A program made the position numbers and the translations under genes. A stretch of DNA of 63,647 bases from Ilumatobacter coccineus (GTDB lineage Bacteria > Actinomycetota > Acidimicrobiia > Acidimicrobiales > Ilumatobacteraceae), in NCBI GenBank assembly GCA_002748455.1, contig PDSL01000023.1, positions 1 to 63,647 on the forward strand, in the 5' to 3' direction. Shown in pieces: positions 9,639 through 18,307 of this stretch (the first letter of the stretch is position 1; each line of letters begins with the position of its first letter). The notes below the pieces were generated by a model. That model made no database searches and was not told the origin of the DNA. It worked only from the letters and a program-made list of their open reading frames with translations.

Positions 9639-11090
9639 CTACTCACCGCCGCGCGGCGGCAGCGGAATCGACCGATCTCGTTGCCACAACTCCCAATAGT
9701 CATTGGCTGACACCTTCACAAATGCAGCATCGATCTCCTGGAAATCGACCTCCAGCTCGATCGGACGGTCGATCGGCAAGACCAGATACTCAACGCGCTC
9801 AGCTCGCTCGATCACCCGGCCGTTTTCATCGGCGATATCGGTTCCATAGAGCACGATCCGGAACGGATTCGGAAACTGATAGATCTCCGGGCGATGAGCC
9901 AGATGAGCGGTGGCGGCGTAATGGGCTGAGACCGCGACGCCATCGGGCACCTCGGCGACGATCTCTCGAGCAGCAACGGCGACGGGATGGTCCCCACTCC
10001 AATGAGGAACCGAGCGACGTCCCCACGGCACCGGCGACCAGAGAACCGAGGCGATCCCGGCACTCACCGCTACCGCCCCAAGCGCGATCCGGCGCCGGGC
10101 GGTGGTGGAGAGCTGGGCGATCGCGTAGCCAGCGCCGATCACCAGAGCGGGCACCGCGATCAGGCTGTAGTGGTATTCGATGTGGTACTGGTACCAGAAC
10201 TGGCTGAGAATATTGGTGAACAGCACCACCGCGCTGGCCATCGCCACCCAGGGACGGCGCACAAAGATGAAGGCCACCGGCACCATCATCTGGAACAGGT
10301 ACCAGGGCCGACCATCCGAGACCAGGTAGGAGATCACCTCACCCGGCGAGGTGACAAGTGTCGAGAGCACTCCCCAAGGCCCACCAAAGGGGATCCGCCA
10401 GCCGTTGCGGGTGGGCACCCCGATCAAGAGTCGCATCACCCCAAACATGGCGATCGCCATATAGATGATGCTCCCAACCACTGTGGCCAGTCCGATCCGA
10501 CGATCGCGACGCCATGCCACCCAGATCCCGATCGGAACGATCACCAGAGACACATCCTCTTTGACCAGGAGGGAGAGGACGACACCGACCAGATAGAGCC
10601 GCCATCGACGGTCGAGAGCTCCCCACAGGGCCAGCCCGATGGTGAACCCGAGCGCGGCATCGGGATGGAAATTCTCCAGATTGGTCCACCCCACCGCTGG
10701 ATGCACCAGATAGGCGACTGCCAGAAGGGCTGCTCCCCAATTGCCCAATCGAGACTTGAGCGCCCCATAGATCGGCACCGCTCCGGCAGCGATGATGATC
10801 GATTGGGAGCCGAGCAAGGTCAACGCCCCCGGAGCGATCCAATAGAACGGCACCAAGAAGATCACGATGAACGAGGTGTGGTCGCCGAACAGGTTGCGCC
10901 CCATCAAGGTGATGAAGGGCTCCCGAAACCGCGACACCAACCAGATGCCTTGGTCATAGAGCCCGTAGTCATACGACGAGGTGCCCAACCCCTGATGGAT
11001 GTCATAGGTCAGACTCCAGAATCGGAGCACATAGGCGATGATCGCCGCGCCAACCAGCACACCAGCAGGATGTAGACGACGGACCACCAC
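9639..11090 (-). CDS. DUF2079-like polytopic membrane protein (possible GT-C glycosyltransferase)
   Basis: YDYGLYDQGIW, FGDH, FHPD, KED motifs and many TM segments; start moved to GTG 6 nt after TACCAT (alternative 11138). Confidence 0.75.
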   Translation of the reverse strand: MVVRRLHPAGVLVGAAIIAYVLRFWSLTYDIHQGLGTSSYDYGLYDQGIWLVSRFREPFITLMGRNLFGDHTSFIVIFLVPFYWIAPGALTLLGSQSIIIAAGAVPIYGALKSRLGNWGAALLAVAYLVHPAVGWTNLENFHPDAALGFTIGLALWGALDRRWRLYLVGVVLSLLVKEDVSLVIVPIGIWVAWRRDRRIGLATVVGSIIYMAIAMFGVMRLLIGVPTRNGWRIPFGGPWGVLSTLVTSPGEVISYLVSDGRPWYLFQMMVPVAFIFVRRPWVAMASAVVLFTNILSQFWYQYHIEYHYSLIAVPALVIGAGYAIAQLSTTARRRIALGAVAVSAGIASVLWSPVPWGRRSVPHWSGDHPVAVAAREIVAEVPDGVAVSAHYAATAHLAHRPEIYQFPNPFRIVLYGTDIADENGRVIERAERVEYLVLPIDRPIELEVDFQEIDAAFVKVSANDYWELWQRDRSIPLPPRGGE

Positions 11091-11155
11091 AGGCGAATGG
11101 TAGCGAATCGACCGACCCAGCCTGGTCGGCCCGGTCATCGACTCACGGGCAGGAA

Positions 11156-11554
11156 TTAGTCCCTCACCTCGGCAGCGATCGCTGCCAACACCCCATTGAC
11201 AAAACGACCAGAGTCATCGGTGGAATAGCGCTTGGCCAGTTCGACCGCTTCATCGAGCACCACCGCAGTCGGCACGTCGGGCCGCTCGGTGAGTTCGAAG
11301 ATGCCCAATCTCATCACATTGACATCGATGACCGGCATCCGAGCCAGGGTCCAGCCATCGGCTCGGGCAGCGATCATCTCATCGAGATGGTCGGCTGAAG
11401 CCGCTACCCCACGCACCAACAACTGGGTCAGCTCGTCGGGAGCGATCACCTGAAGATCGATGATGTCGACCGGGTCGAGCCCTTTGGCCTGGGCTTCATA
11501 GAGCAGGTAGAGCGCCCGTTCTCGGGCATCGGATCGTGAGTCGGGGCGATCCAT
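11156..11554 (-). CDS. nusB: Transcription antitermination factor NusB
   Basis: ARERAL..LYE, W...RM..ID, EAVELAKRYS...FVNGVL. Confidence 0.97.
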   Translation of the reverse strand: MDRPDSRSDARERALYLLYEAQAKGLDPVDIIDLQVIAPDELTQLLVRGVAASADHLDEMIAARADGWTLARMPVIDVNVMRLGIFELTERPDVPTAVVLDEAVELAKRYSTDDSGRFVNGVLAAIAAEVRD

Positions 11555-12117
11555 CAGACGCGAGTGATGTAGTCGCCCGAGCGGGTATCGACCCGGATCT
11601 TGTCACCGATCTCCACAAAGAGCGGGACCTGAACCACCTTGCCGGTTTCCAAGGTGGCCGGCTTGCGCGCCCCCGATACCCGGTCACCCTGAAAACCCGG
11701 CTCAGTATCGGTCACCGCGAGTTCGACCGAAGCGGCGATCTCCACCCCGATGATCTCGTCCTCGAAGAAGGCCACCTGAGCCACCATCCCTTCGACCAGA
11801 TACTCGGTGGTGTCGCCCAGGGTTTCAGGCCGAATATTGATCTGGTCATAGGTCTGGTTGTTCATGAAGACATAGTCTTCGCCATCGCGATACAAGAACT
11901 GCATATCGTCGCGAGTCACGATGGCCTGCTCAACCCGCACCCCAGCGTTGAAGGTCTTCTCCAGCACCGATCCGGTACGGATATTGCGCAGCTTGGTGCG
12001 CACGAAGGCACCGCCCTTGCCCGGCTTGACGTGCTGAAACTCGACCACCTGGAAGAGGCCGTTGTTGAGTTGGAGGGTGATTCCGGTCTTTAGATCGTTG
12101 GTGGTGATGGCAGGCAT
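11554..12117 (-). CDS. efp: Elongation factor P
   Basis: HVKPGKGGAFVRTK loop; KPATLETG...VPLF. Confidence 0.99.
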   Translation of the reverse strand: MPAITTNDLKTGITLQLNNGLFQVVEFQHVKPGKGGAFVRTKLRNIRTGSVLEKTFNAGVRVEQAIVTRDDMQFLYRDGEDYVFMNNQTYDQINIRPETLGDTTEYLVEGMVAQVAFFEDEIIGVEIAASVELAVTDTEPGFQGDRVSGARKPATLETGKVVQVPLFVEIGDKIRVDTRSGDYITRV

Positions 12118-13205
12118 GGCGTGTCCTTGGGCGATGAAGTAAGTACGCGGAGGCCGGTATCGGAAACGACCACAAGGTCTTCGATACGAAAGCCACCGAA
12201 TCCGCCACGATAGAGGCCAGGTTCGACGGTGACGACATCACCGGCGCGAACAATCGCGTGAGATGTGGGCGACAAGAAGGGTTCTTCGTGAATTCTCAGC
12301 CCCACACCGTGGCCAGCGGAATGCAGATACCAGTCGCTATATCCGGCGCGCTCACACACCTCCCGACAGGCCTGGTCGATGTCGACACACGCCACCCCAG
12401 CCGCCAAACGATCCAGTCCCGCCTGTTGGGATTGGGCGACCAGGTCATAGATCTCGGCCTGCTGAGGGGTGGGATCACCGATCACATAGGAGCGAGTCAT
12501 ATCGCTGCGATAGCCATCGACGCTGGCCCCGACATCGATCACCACGGTGTCGCCCTCGATGATGACCCGACGGCTGACCTCGTGGTGGGGTCGAGCGGCA
12601 TGCTCAGGTCCACTGGCCACGATCGTGTCGTATCCAGCACCATCGGCCCCGTGACATCGCATCCGATACTCGAGCTCATCTCGGATATCGGCCTCGGTCA
12701 CCCCGGTGCCCATGAGGGGTGCACATTCGGCCAGGGCAGCATCAGCAGCGGCCGCGGCGATCGCCATCCGCTGGATTTCAGCATCGTTCTTGGCCCGCCG
12801 AACCGACGCGATCGCGTCATCACCGGCCTTCAGAGGCAGATCACGAGCGAGTTCGATCCACTCAGCATGACTGGTCGTGCCGGCCGACATCCCCACCTGG
12901 CGACAGCCCTTCATCGCCTCGACCACCGCTGCGATCTGTTCATCTCGAGTGGATCGAACGACAATGGTGGCTTCAACGCCAGCAGCAGTCAACTCGACGA
13001 CCGCTCGATCGCGATACCGGCCATCGGTGACCACCACGATGTCGTCGGGGGTTACAGCGACGCGCGCGTTGGAGCCACCAAACCCGGTCAGCCAGCGGGC
13101 ATCGACTGGATCGATCACCAGCACCCCATCGCAGCCCGATTCGGCCATGACCGCTCGAAGTACATCAGCGCGCCCCGCTGCGAGCAAGGGCAGGAGGTCG
13201 CTCAT
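12090..13205 (-). CDS. pepQ: Xaa-Pro aminopeptidase (M24 family)
   Basis: IDVG...GYRSDMTR, HSAGHGVGL.IHE.P, TVEPGLY...RIED; conserved position before efp. Confidence 0.9.
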   Translation of the reverse strand: MSDLLPLLAAGRADVLRAVMAESGCDGVLVIDPVDARWLTGFGGSNARVAVTPDDIVVVTDGRYRDRAVVELTAAGVEATIVVRSTRDEQIAAVVEAMKGCRQVGMSAGTTSHAEWIELARDLPLKAGDDAIASVRRAKNDAEIQRMAIAAAAADAALAECAPLMGTGVTEADIRDELEYRMRCHGADGAGYDTIVASGPEHAARPHHEVSRRVIIEGDTVVIDVGASVDGYRSDMTRSYVIGDPTPQQAEIYDLVAQSQQAGLDRLAAGVACVDIDQACREVCERAGYSDWYLHSAGHGVGLRIHEEPFLSPTSHAIVRAGDVVTVEPGLYRGGFGGFRIEDLVVVSDTGLRVLTSSPKDTPCLPSPPTI

Positions 13206-13678
13206 GTGCTCAAGCGGTCAACGATGGCCGCCACGGCGAGGTCATAGCCCAACATGCCAAACCCGACGATCGAGCCGGTCGCCACCGGAGCGACCACGCT
13301 GGTGTGACGCCAGGGTTCACGAGCTTGGGGATGAGAGATATGGACCTCGATGATCGGCCCCTCGAAGGCTGCCAGGGCATCGTGGAGTCCCCAGGCGTAA
13401 TGGGTGAATGCCCCGGGATTGAAGATGATCGCATCATGGTGGCCCCGAGCTGCCTGGATCTGATCGATCAGGTCACCCTCGTGGTTGGATTGGAAGGCCT
13501 CGACCGTCAGACCATGTTGTGCAGCTACCTCGGTGACCCGAGCCACATAGTCGTCAAGGGTGGCGGCTCCATAGATCTCGGGTTCGCGCTCACCGAGCAG
13601 GTTGAGATTGGGGCCGTGAAGCAGGAGAAGGCGGCGATTCACGGTGTGAATCGTAGTTCGTCCCGGCGACGGGGTCAC
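13202..13678 (-). CDS. aroQ: Type II 3-dehydroquinate dehydratase
   Basis: HGPNLNLLG.REPEIYG, QSNHEG, NPGAFTHY, EVHIS. Confidence 0.97.
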   Translation of the reverse strand: MTPSPGRTTIHTVNRRLLLLHGPNLNLLGEREPEIYGAATLDDYVARVTEVAAQHGLTVEAFQSNHEGDLIDQIQAARGHHDAIIFNPGAFTHYAWGLHDALAAFEGPIIEVHISHPQAREPWRHTSVVAPVATGSIVGFGMLGYDLAVAAIVDRLST

Positions 13679-14685
13679 ATGAGATCGAGAACCGCGGCCA
13701 AGTCGGCATCATCGACACCGGTCACCACCTCAACCCCAACCCGACCGTCGAGGACGAAGGTGACTCCCCGCCGGGCCTTCTTGTCTCGCTTCATGAGCTC
13801 GATCAGGACATCGTGGTTCAGCCCATCGGGCAAGTCGATCGAGAGGCCATATTCGCCGGCGACCACCGCCACATGGTCCTCCACCCGCGATGCCGGAATA
13901 CGCCCGAGCCTGTGGGCTAAGCGGGCTGCATAGATGAGCCCGATCGCCACTGCTTCACCATGAGCCAGGCCATGATCGGTGGCGATTTCGAGAGCATGGG
14001 CCATGGTGTGGCCATAGTTCAAGATCGCCCGACGACCGCCTTCTCGCTCATCGGCAGCGACGACCTCAGCCTTGATCTCAACACACCGAGCGATCCGATC
14101 ACCCAGGCTGAGGGCCAGGAGATCGTCCCCGGTGAGGAAGTGATACTTAGCCATCTCTCCCAGACCACAACGGTATTCCCGCGGCGGCAAGGTATCGAGT
14201 GCATCGAGGTCACAGATCACCCCCGATGGCTGCCAAAACGCTCCAACCAGATTCTTGCCTTCGGGAAGATTGACTCCGGTTTTCCCGCCGATCGCCGCGT
14301 CGATCATGGCCAGCAGGGTGGTGGCCACCTGGACCACAGCGATACCTCGGTGATAGGACGCTGCCGCAAACCCGGCAATATCGGTCACCATGCCACCACC
14401 GATACCGATGACCACATCGTCGCGAGTCATTCCCATCCGGGCAAAGCCGCTGGTTAGTTCACCGATCGTGGCCAGGGTCTTGTGGGATTCTCCAACCCCG
14501 ATACGAAAGACCTGATGTTCAAGAGGGATCGACCCGGTGAAGGGCACCCCGTCCTGGGTGACGATGGCTGCTCGTCGAGCCGACGACGGAATCAGAGAGC
14601 CAAGTTCAGCGATCGCTCCCGTCCCGACCACCACGTCATAGGACCGCCCAGGCACCTCAACGGAGATACGCCGATGGGCTGACAC
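13675..14685 (-). CDS. aroB: 3-dehydroquinate synthase
   Basis: GGG...D.AGF.A, TTLLAMIDAAIGGKTGVN, LNYGHT..HA, HGEAVAIG. Confidence 0.97.
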   Translation of the reverse strand: MSAHRRISVEVPGRSYDVVVGTGAIAELGSLIPSSARRAAIVTQDGVPFTGSIPLEHQVFRIGVGESHKTLATIGELTSGFARMGMTRDDVVIGIGGGMVTDIAGFAAASYHRGIAVVQVATTLLAMIDAAIGGKTGVNLPEGKNLVGAFWQPSGVICDLDALDTLPPREYRCGLGEMAKYHFLTGDDLLALSLGDRIARCVEIKAEVVAADEREGGRRAILNYGHTMAHALEIATDHGLAHGEAVAIGLIYAARLAHRLGRIPASRVEDHVAVVAGEYGLSIDLPDGLNHDVLIELMKRDKKARRGVTFVLDGRVGVEVVTGVDDADLAAVLDLM

Positions 14686-14688
14686 CGG

Positions 14689-15843
14689 CTATCCCTCCCA
14701 GCCAGCGTTGCGGACAAACTCGGCGACCGAATCGCCACCAAATTTGCGCTGAGCTTCTTGAGCCAAGACCAGGGCCACCATGGTTTCGGCCACCACCCCC
14801 ATCGCTGACACCGCGGTCACATCGGTGCGTTCCTTGAACGACACCCCCGATTCTTTGGTCACGGTGTCGACGGTTTCCAGCGTTGGACGGTTGAGGGTGG
14901 CCAGCGGCTTCATCGCTGCCCGGGCGATCACGGTCTCACCGATGGTGATCCCTCCTTCGACCCCACCGGCTCGATCGCTCAAGCGCCGATAGCGCTCAGT
15001 GCTCGGATCCCAGCGGATCGCGTCGTGGGCCTGACTACCGAGGCGACCGGCAACCTCAAACCCATCGCCGATCTCGACCCCCTTGACCGCCTGGATCGAC
15101 ATCAGGGCTTGGGCCAGCATCCCATCGATCTTGCGATCCCAATGGACGTGGGAACCCAACCCGACCGGCACCCCAAACGCGAGCACTTCGACCACACCAC
15201 CCAACGAATCGCCCTGCTTCTGGGCAGCCTTGATCGCGTCGACCATGCGGCTGCTGGCAACCGGATCGAAGCATCGAACCGGATCAGCATCGATCGCTTC
15301 ACGATCATCACGACCGGGCGTCGGCGCGTCATCTCCTACCCTGACATCACCGAGCTGGATCACGTGGGACAGGATGTCGACCCCGATCTGAGAGAGGAGT
15401 TTCTTGGCCAACACTCCCCCAGCCACCCGGGCTGCTGTCTCGCGAGCCGATGCCCGTTCCAACACCGAGCGAGCATCGTCGAGGTCATATTTTTGCATCC
15501 CAGCCAGGTCGGCGTGCCCCGGCCGAACCAGGGTCAAGGGATCGCCATGATGGCCCGGGTGAGGTGACATCGACTCATGCCACTTGTCGCTGCGAGTCCA
15601 TTCGGTATTGGCAATCTCGATCGCTACCGGCGATCCGAGGGTGCGTCCGTGACGAATCCCCCCGATCAGGGTGATCTCGTCCACTTCGAACCGCTGACGA
15701 GGCCCGCGCCCATAACCCAATCGTCGACGGGCCAATTCGGCTTGGAGCTCTTCCACCGTGATCTCGAGCCCAGAGGGAAGGCCCTCAACGATCACCACCA
15801 ATGCCGGGCCGTGGGACTCCCCGGCGGTCATAACGCGCAACAT
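14689..15843 (-). CDS. aroC: Chorismate synthase
   Basis: TAGESHG, RPGHADL, ERASARETAARV. Confidence 0.98.
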   Translation of the reverse strand: MLRVMTAGESHGPALVVIVEGLPSGLEITVEELQAELARRRLGYGRGPRQRFEVDEITLIGGIRHGRTLGSPVAIEIANTEWTRSDKWHESMSPHPGHHGDPLTLVRPGHADLAGMQKYDLDDARSVLERASARETAARVAGGVLAKKLLSQIGVDILSHVIQLGDVRVGDDAPTPGRDDREAIDADPVRCFDPVASSRMVDAIKAAQKQGDSLGGVVEVLAFGVPVGLGSHVHWDRKIDGMLAQALMSIQAVKGVEIGDGFEVAGRLGSQAHDAIRWDPSTERYRRLSDRAGGVEGGITIGETVIARAAMKPLATLNRPTLETVDTVTKESGVSFKERTDVTAVSAMGVVAETMVALVLAQEAQRKFGGDSVAEFVRNAGWEG

Positions 15844-15853
15844 CGCGGTGATA

Positions 15854-16714
15854 TTAGCGCCCCGAACGATCCTGGCGGGTGGCCAGCTCGGCGAGGGCTG
15901 CTCGACGCATCACGTCGGGATCGATTCGATCGCCAGTCCAGATCTCGTGTTGCCGTATCGCCTGATAGACGAGCATCTCCAGCCCATCGATCGTGCGCGC
16001 CCCCTGGTCGGCAGCCTGGGATAGGAGCGGGGTCACGATCGGGTGATAGACGATGTCCACCACCACTTGTCCCCGACCGACCAGGCGGGGATCGAAGGGC
16101 ACTGCGGCCAGATCCTCGACCTCGCTCCCCATCCCGACCGAGGTGGCATTGATCACGATCTCGGCTGACGCGATCGCCTCGACCGAGGCGGTTGACGCTT
16201 GGGGTGCCAAGCGAGCGGCGCGATCACCTGCATCGGCAGTGCGATTGATCACGGCGATCTCAGCAGCACCATGACGACCCAAGGCATCGATGATCGAACG
16301 GCCCGCTCCCCCGGCCCCGACCACCGCAACCCGCCGGCCATGAGGATCGGCATCAGCAGCGACCAGGGCATCGATCAGCCCAACACCATCGGTCGAGGCA
16401 CCCAGCGTTGAGCCATCCTCACTGCGGACCACCGTGTTGACCGATCCCAGCGCCGATGCTGCCGGATCGAGAACGTCGACAGCAGCAGCCATATCGGCCT
16501 TGTGGGGCATGGTCACCGCGTAGCCGACGATCCCGAGGGTCTCCATCGCCGACAGGGCCGGACCAGCACCTCCAGATGTCACCTCAAAGGCCACACAGCG
16601 CCAATTGCGTCCGCTGGCCTCAAACGCAGCATTGTGCAATGCCGGCGATAAGGAGTGTTCCACCGGAGATCCGATGACGGCGATCAGCCTCGTCTCGGCG
16701 GTGATCGAACTCAT
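15854..16714 (-). CDS. aroE: Shikimate dehydrogenase
   Basis: G.PVEHSLSP.LHN, VTMPHK, VNT, GAGGAGR, NAT.VGM. Confidence 0.95.
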   Translation of the reverse strand: MSSITAETRLIAVIGSPVEHSLSPALHNAAFEASGRNWRCVAFEVTSGGAGPALSAMETLGIVGYAVTMPHKADMAAAVDVLDPAASALGSVNTVVRSEDGSTLGASTDGVGLIDALVAADADPHGRRVAVVGAGGAGRSIIDALGRHGAAEIAVINRTADAGDRAARLAPQASTASVEAIASAEIVINATSVGMGSEVEDLAAVPFDPRLVGRGQVVVDIVYHPIVTPLLSQAADQGARTIDGLEMLVYQAIRQHEIWTGDRIDPDVMRRAALAELATRQDRSGR

Positions 16715-17877
16715 CCGAGCAGCCCCCGGGAACGAGCCCGTTCAACATTGGCCAGGTGTTGCTCGGCGGTGACAGCGAACGCGTGCCCCCCATCTTCATT
16801 GGCGAGGACATAGTAAAGATAGCGGCACCCGATCGTTGGATTCGGCAACACTTGACAGACCGGATCGCCAGCTGGCGGATTGGGGGCCGGGTTGAGGGCT
16901 GCCCTCAACGATGCCCGCCCCGGATTGGAGATCGGGGTCGGCGGGAGGCCATCGATCACATAGGTGTTATAGGGCGACTCGATCTTGATCAGGTCAGAGA
17001 TCGATGCCCCTTCAGGAGCCCCATAGAGCATGGTGGCATCGATTTGGAGCTTCATCCCATCTTCGAGACGGTTATAGATCACTCGGGCAATCTTGGGCCG
17101 GTCAGCATCAAGCTTGGCTTCTTTCTCGATCATCGAGGCAACGATGATGACTTCATAGGGCGTCAAGCCCAGCTTGGCCGCCCCATCGACCAGATCTTCT
17201 TGTTGGGCCACCCGTTCCCCGATCTTGACCATCCGCTCAACGATTTGGGCTTCGTTATCGGCATTGGAGACCCGATAGGTGTCGGGAAAGAGCAGACCTT
17301 CCAACGACAACTCCCCCTCGCGGCGGTATTGCGACGGAACCGTGAGGGAATTCGCGGCAGCGATAAAGCCTTCAACGCTCAGGCGAGGACTCTTTTCGGC
17401 CAACCGTTCAGCCATCTGGACGATGGTGAACCCCTCGGGGAAGGTGATCTTCTGGTAGGTCTCCGCCGGCGATGTACGAAGCCGTTGGAGCACATCTCCC
17501 ATATGGGCACCGGTCGGAATCTCATAAAACCCCGGGGTCAGCTCGATGCCGCCTTGGCGTTCGACATACCACTCGAAGACACCGGCATCGGTGATCAAGC
17601 CCAGGGTTTCCAGACGATCGGACACCGCCTCAACCGAGTCGGACTCGACGACGGTGAAGGCGATCACGTCCTCGGGCAAGGGCTCGGCTCGGGTCTTGCC
17701 GAGGTACCACCAGCCCACCGCGCCAGCGCTGATGATGAGGGCCACCACCACAGCCATTGCCAACCAGACGATCCACTTGAGCAGGCGATGTTCCTGCCGC
17801 AAGCGCTCCACCTCGGGAACCTCACCGGGGTGATCCCACTCATCGACCGACCACTCGGCTTCGGATGAGGTGATCAC
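16711..17877 (-). CDS. mltG: Endolytic transglycosylase MltG (YceG)
   Basis: N-terminal TM, TFPEG, LEGLLFPDTY, ASMIEKEA, SPYNTY...GLPPTPI.NPG; start at GTGA overlap with ruvX. Confidence 0.95.
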   Translation of the reverse strand: MITSSEAEWSVDEWDHPGEVPEVERLRQEHRLLKWIVWLAMAVVVALIISAGAVGWWYLGKTRAEPLPEDVIAFTVVESDSVEAVSDRLETLGLITDAGVFEWYVERQGGIELTPGFYEIPTGAHMGDVLQRLRTSPAETYQKITFPEGFTIVQMAERLAEKSPRLSVEGFIAAANSLTVPSQYRREGELSLEGLLFPDTYRVSNADNEAQIVERMVKIGERVAQQEDLVDGAAKLGLTPYEVIIVASMIEKEAKLDADRPKIARVIYNRLEDGMKLQIDATMLYGAPEGASISDLIKIESPYNTYVIDGLPPTPISNPGRASLRAALNPAPNPPAGDPVCQVLPNPTIGCRYLYYVLANEDGGHAFAVTAEQHLANVERARSRGLLG

Positions 17878-18305
17878 GACCCGGAATCCTGATGACGACG
17901 GGAATCCAGCCATGACTGCAACATGATCGCCGCGGCAACCTTGTCAACCCGTTGACGTCGCTGGGGGGCGTTGAGACCAGCTTCGATCATGGACCGATCG
18001 GCGATCACCGTGGTCAACCTTTCATCGTGCAGCTCAACGGGGATATCAACCACGCTAGCCAATTGGTTGGCTTCGGCGATGGCAGCCTTTGCCGAGCGTC
18101 CTGTCGAGCCATCGAGGCTGATCGGCAATCCGACCACGATCACGTCGGCTTCTTCCTCGCGGGCGATCCGAGCCAACTCAGCCAAGTCGTGACGGCGCGA
18201 CCGGCTGCGCTGGAGGACCTTGAGCGGGGAGGCCACCGACCCGGTCAGGTCACTGACCGCCAAACCGATCCGCTTGGTGCCGGGGTCGATACCGAGAGCT
18301 CGCAC
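17874..18305 (-). CDS. ruvX: Holliday junction resolvase-like / pre-16S rRNA nuclease YqgF
   Basis: LGIDPGTKRIGLAVSD, VVGLP, DERLTT, D..AA..MLQ. Confidence 0.96.
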   Translation of the reverse strand: MRALGIDPGTKRIGLAVSDLTGSVASPLKVLQRSRSRRHDLAELARIAREEEADVIVVGLPISLDGSTGRSAKAAIAEANQLASVVDIPVELHDERLTTVIADRSMIEAGLNAPQRRQRVDKVAAAIMLQSWLDSRRHQDSGS

Positions 18306-18307
18306 TC

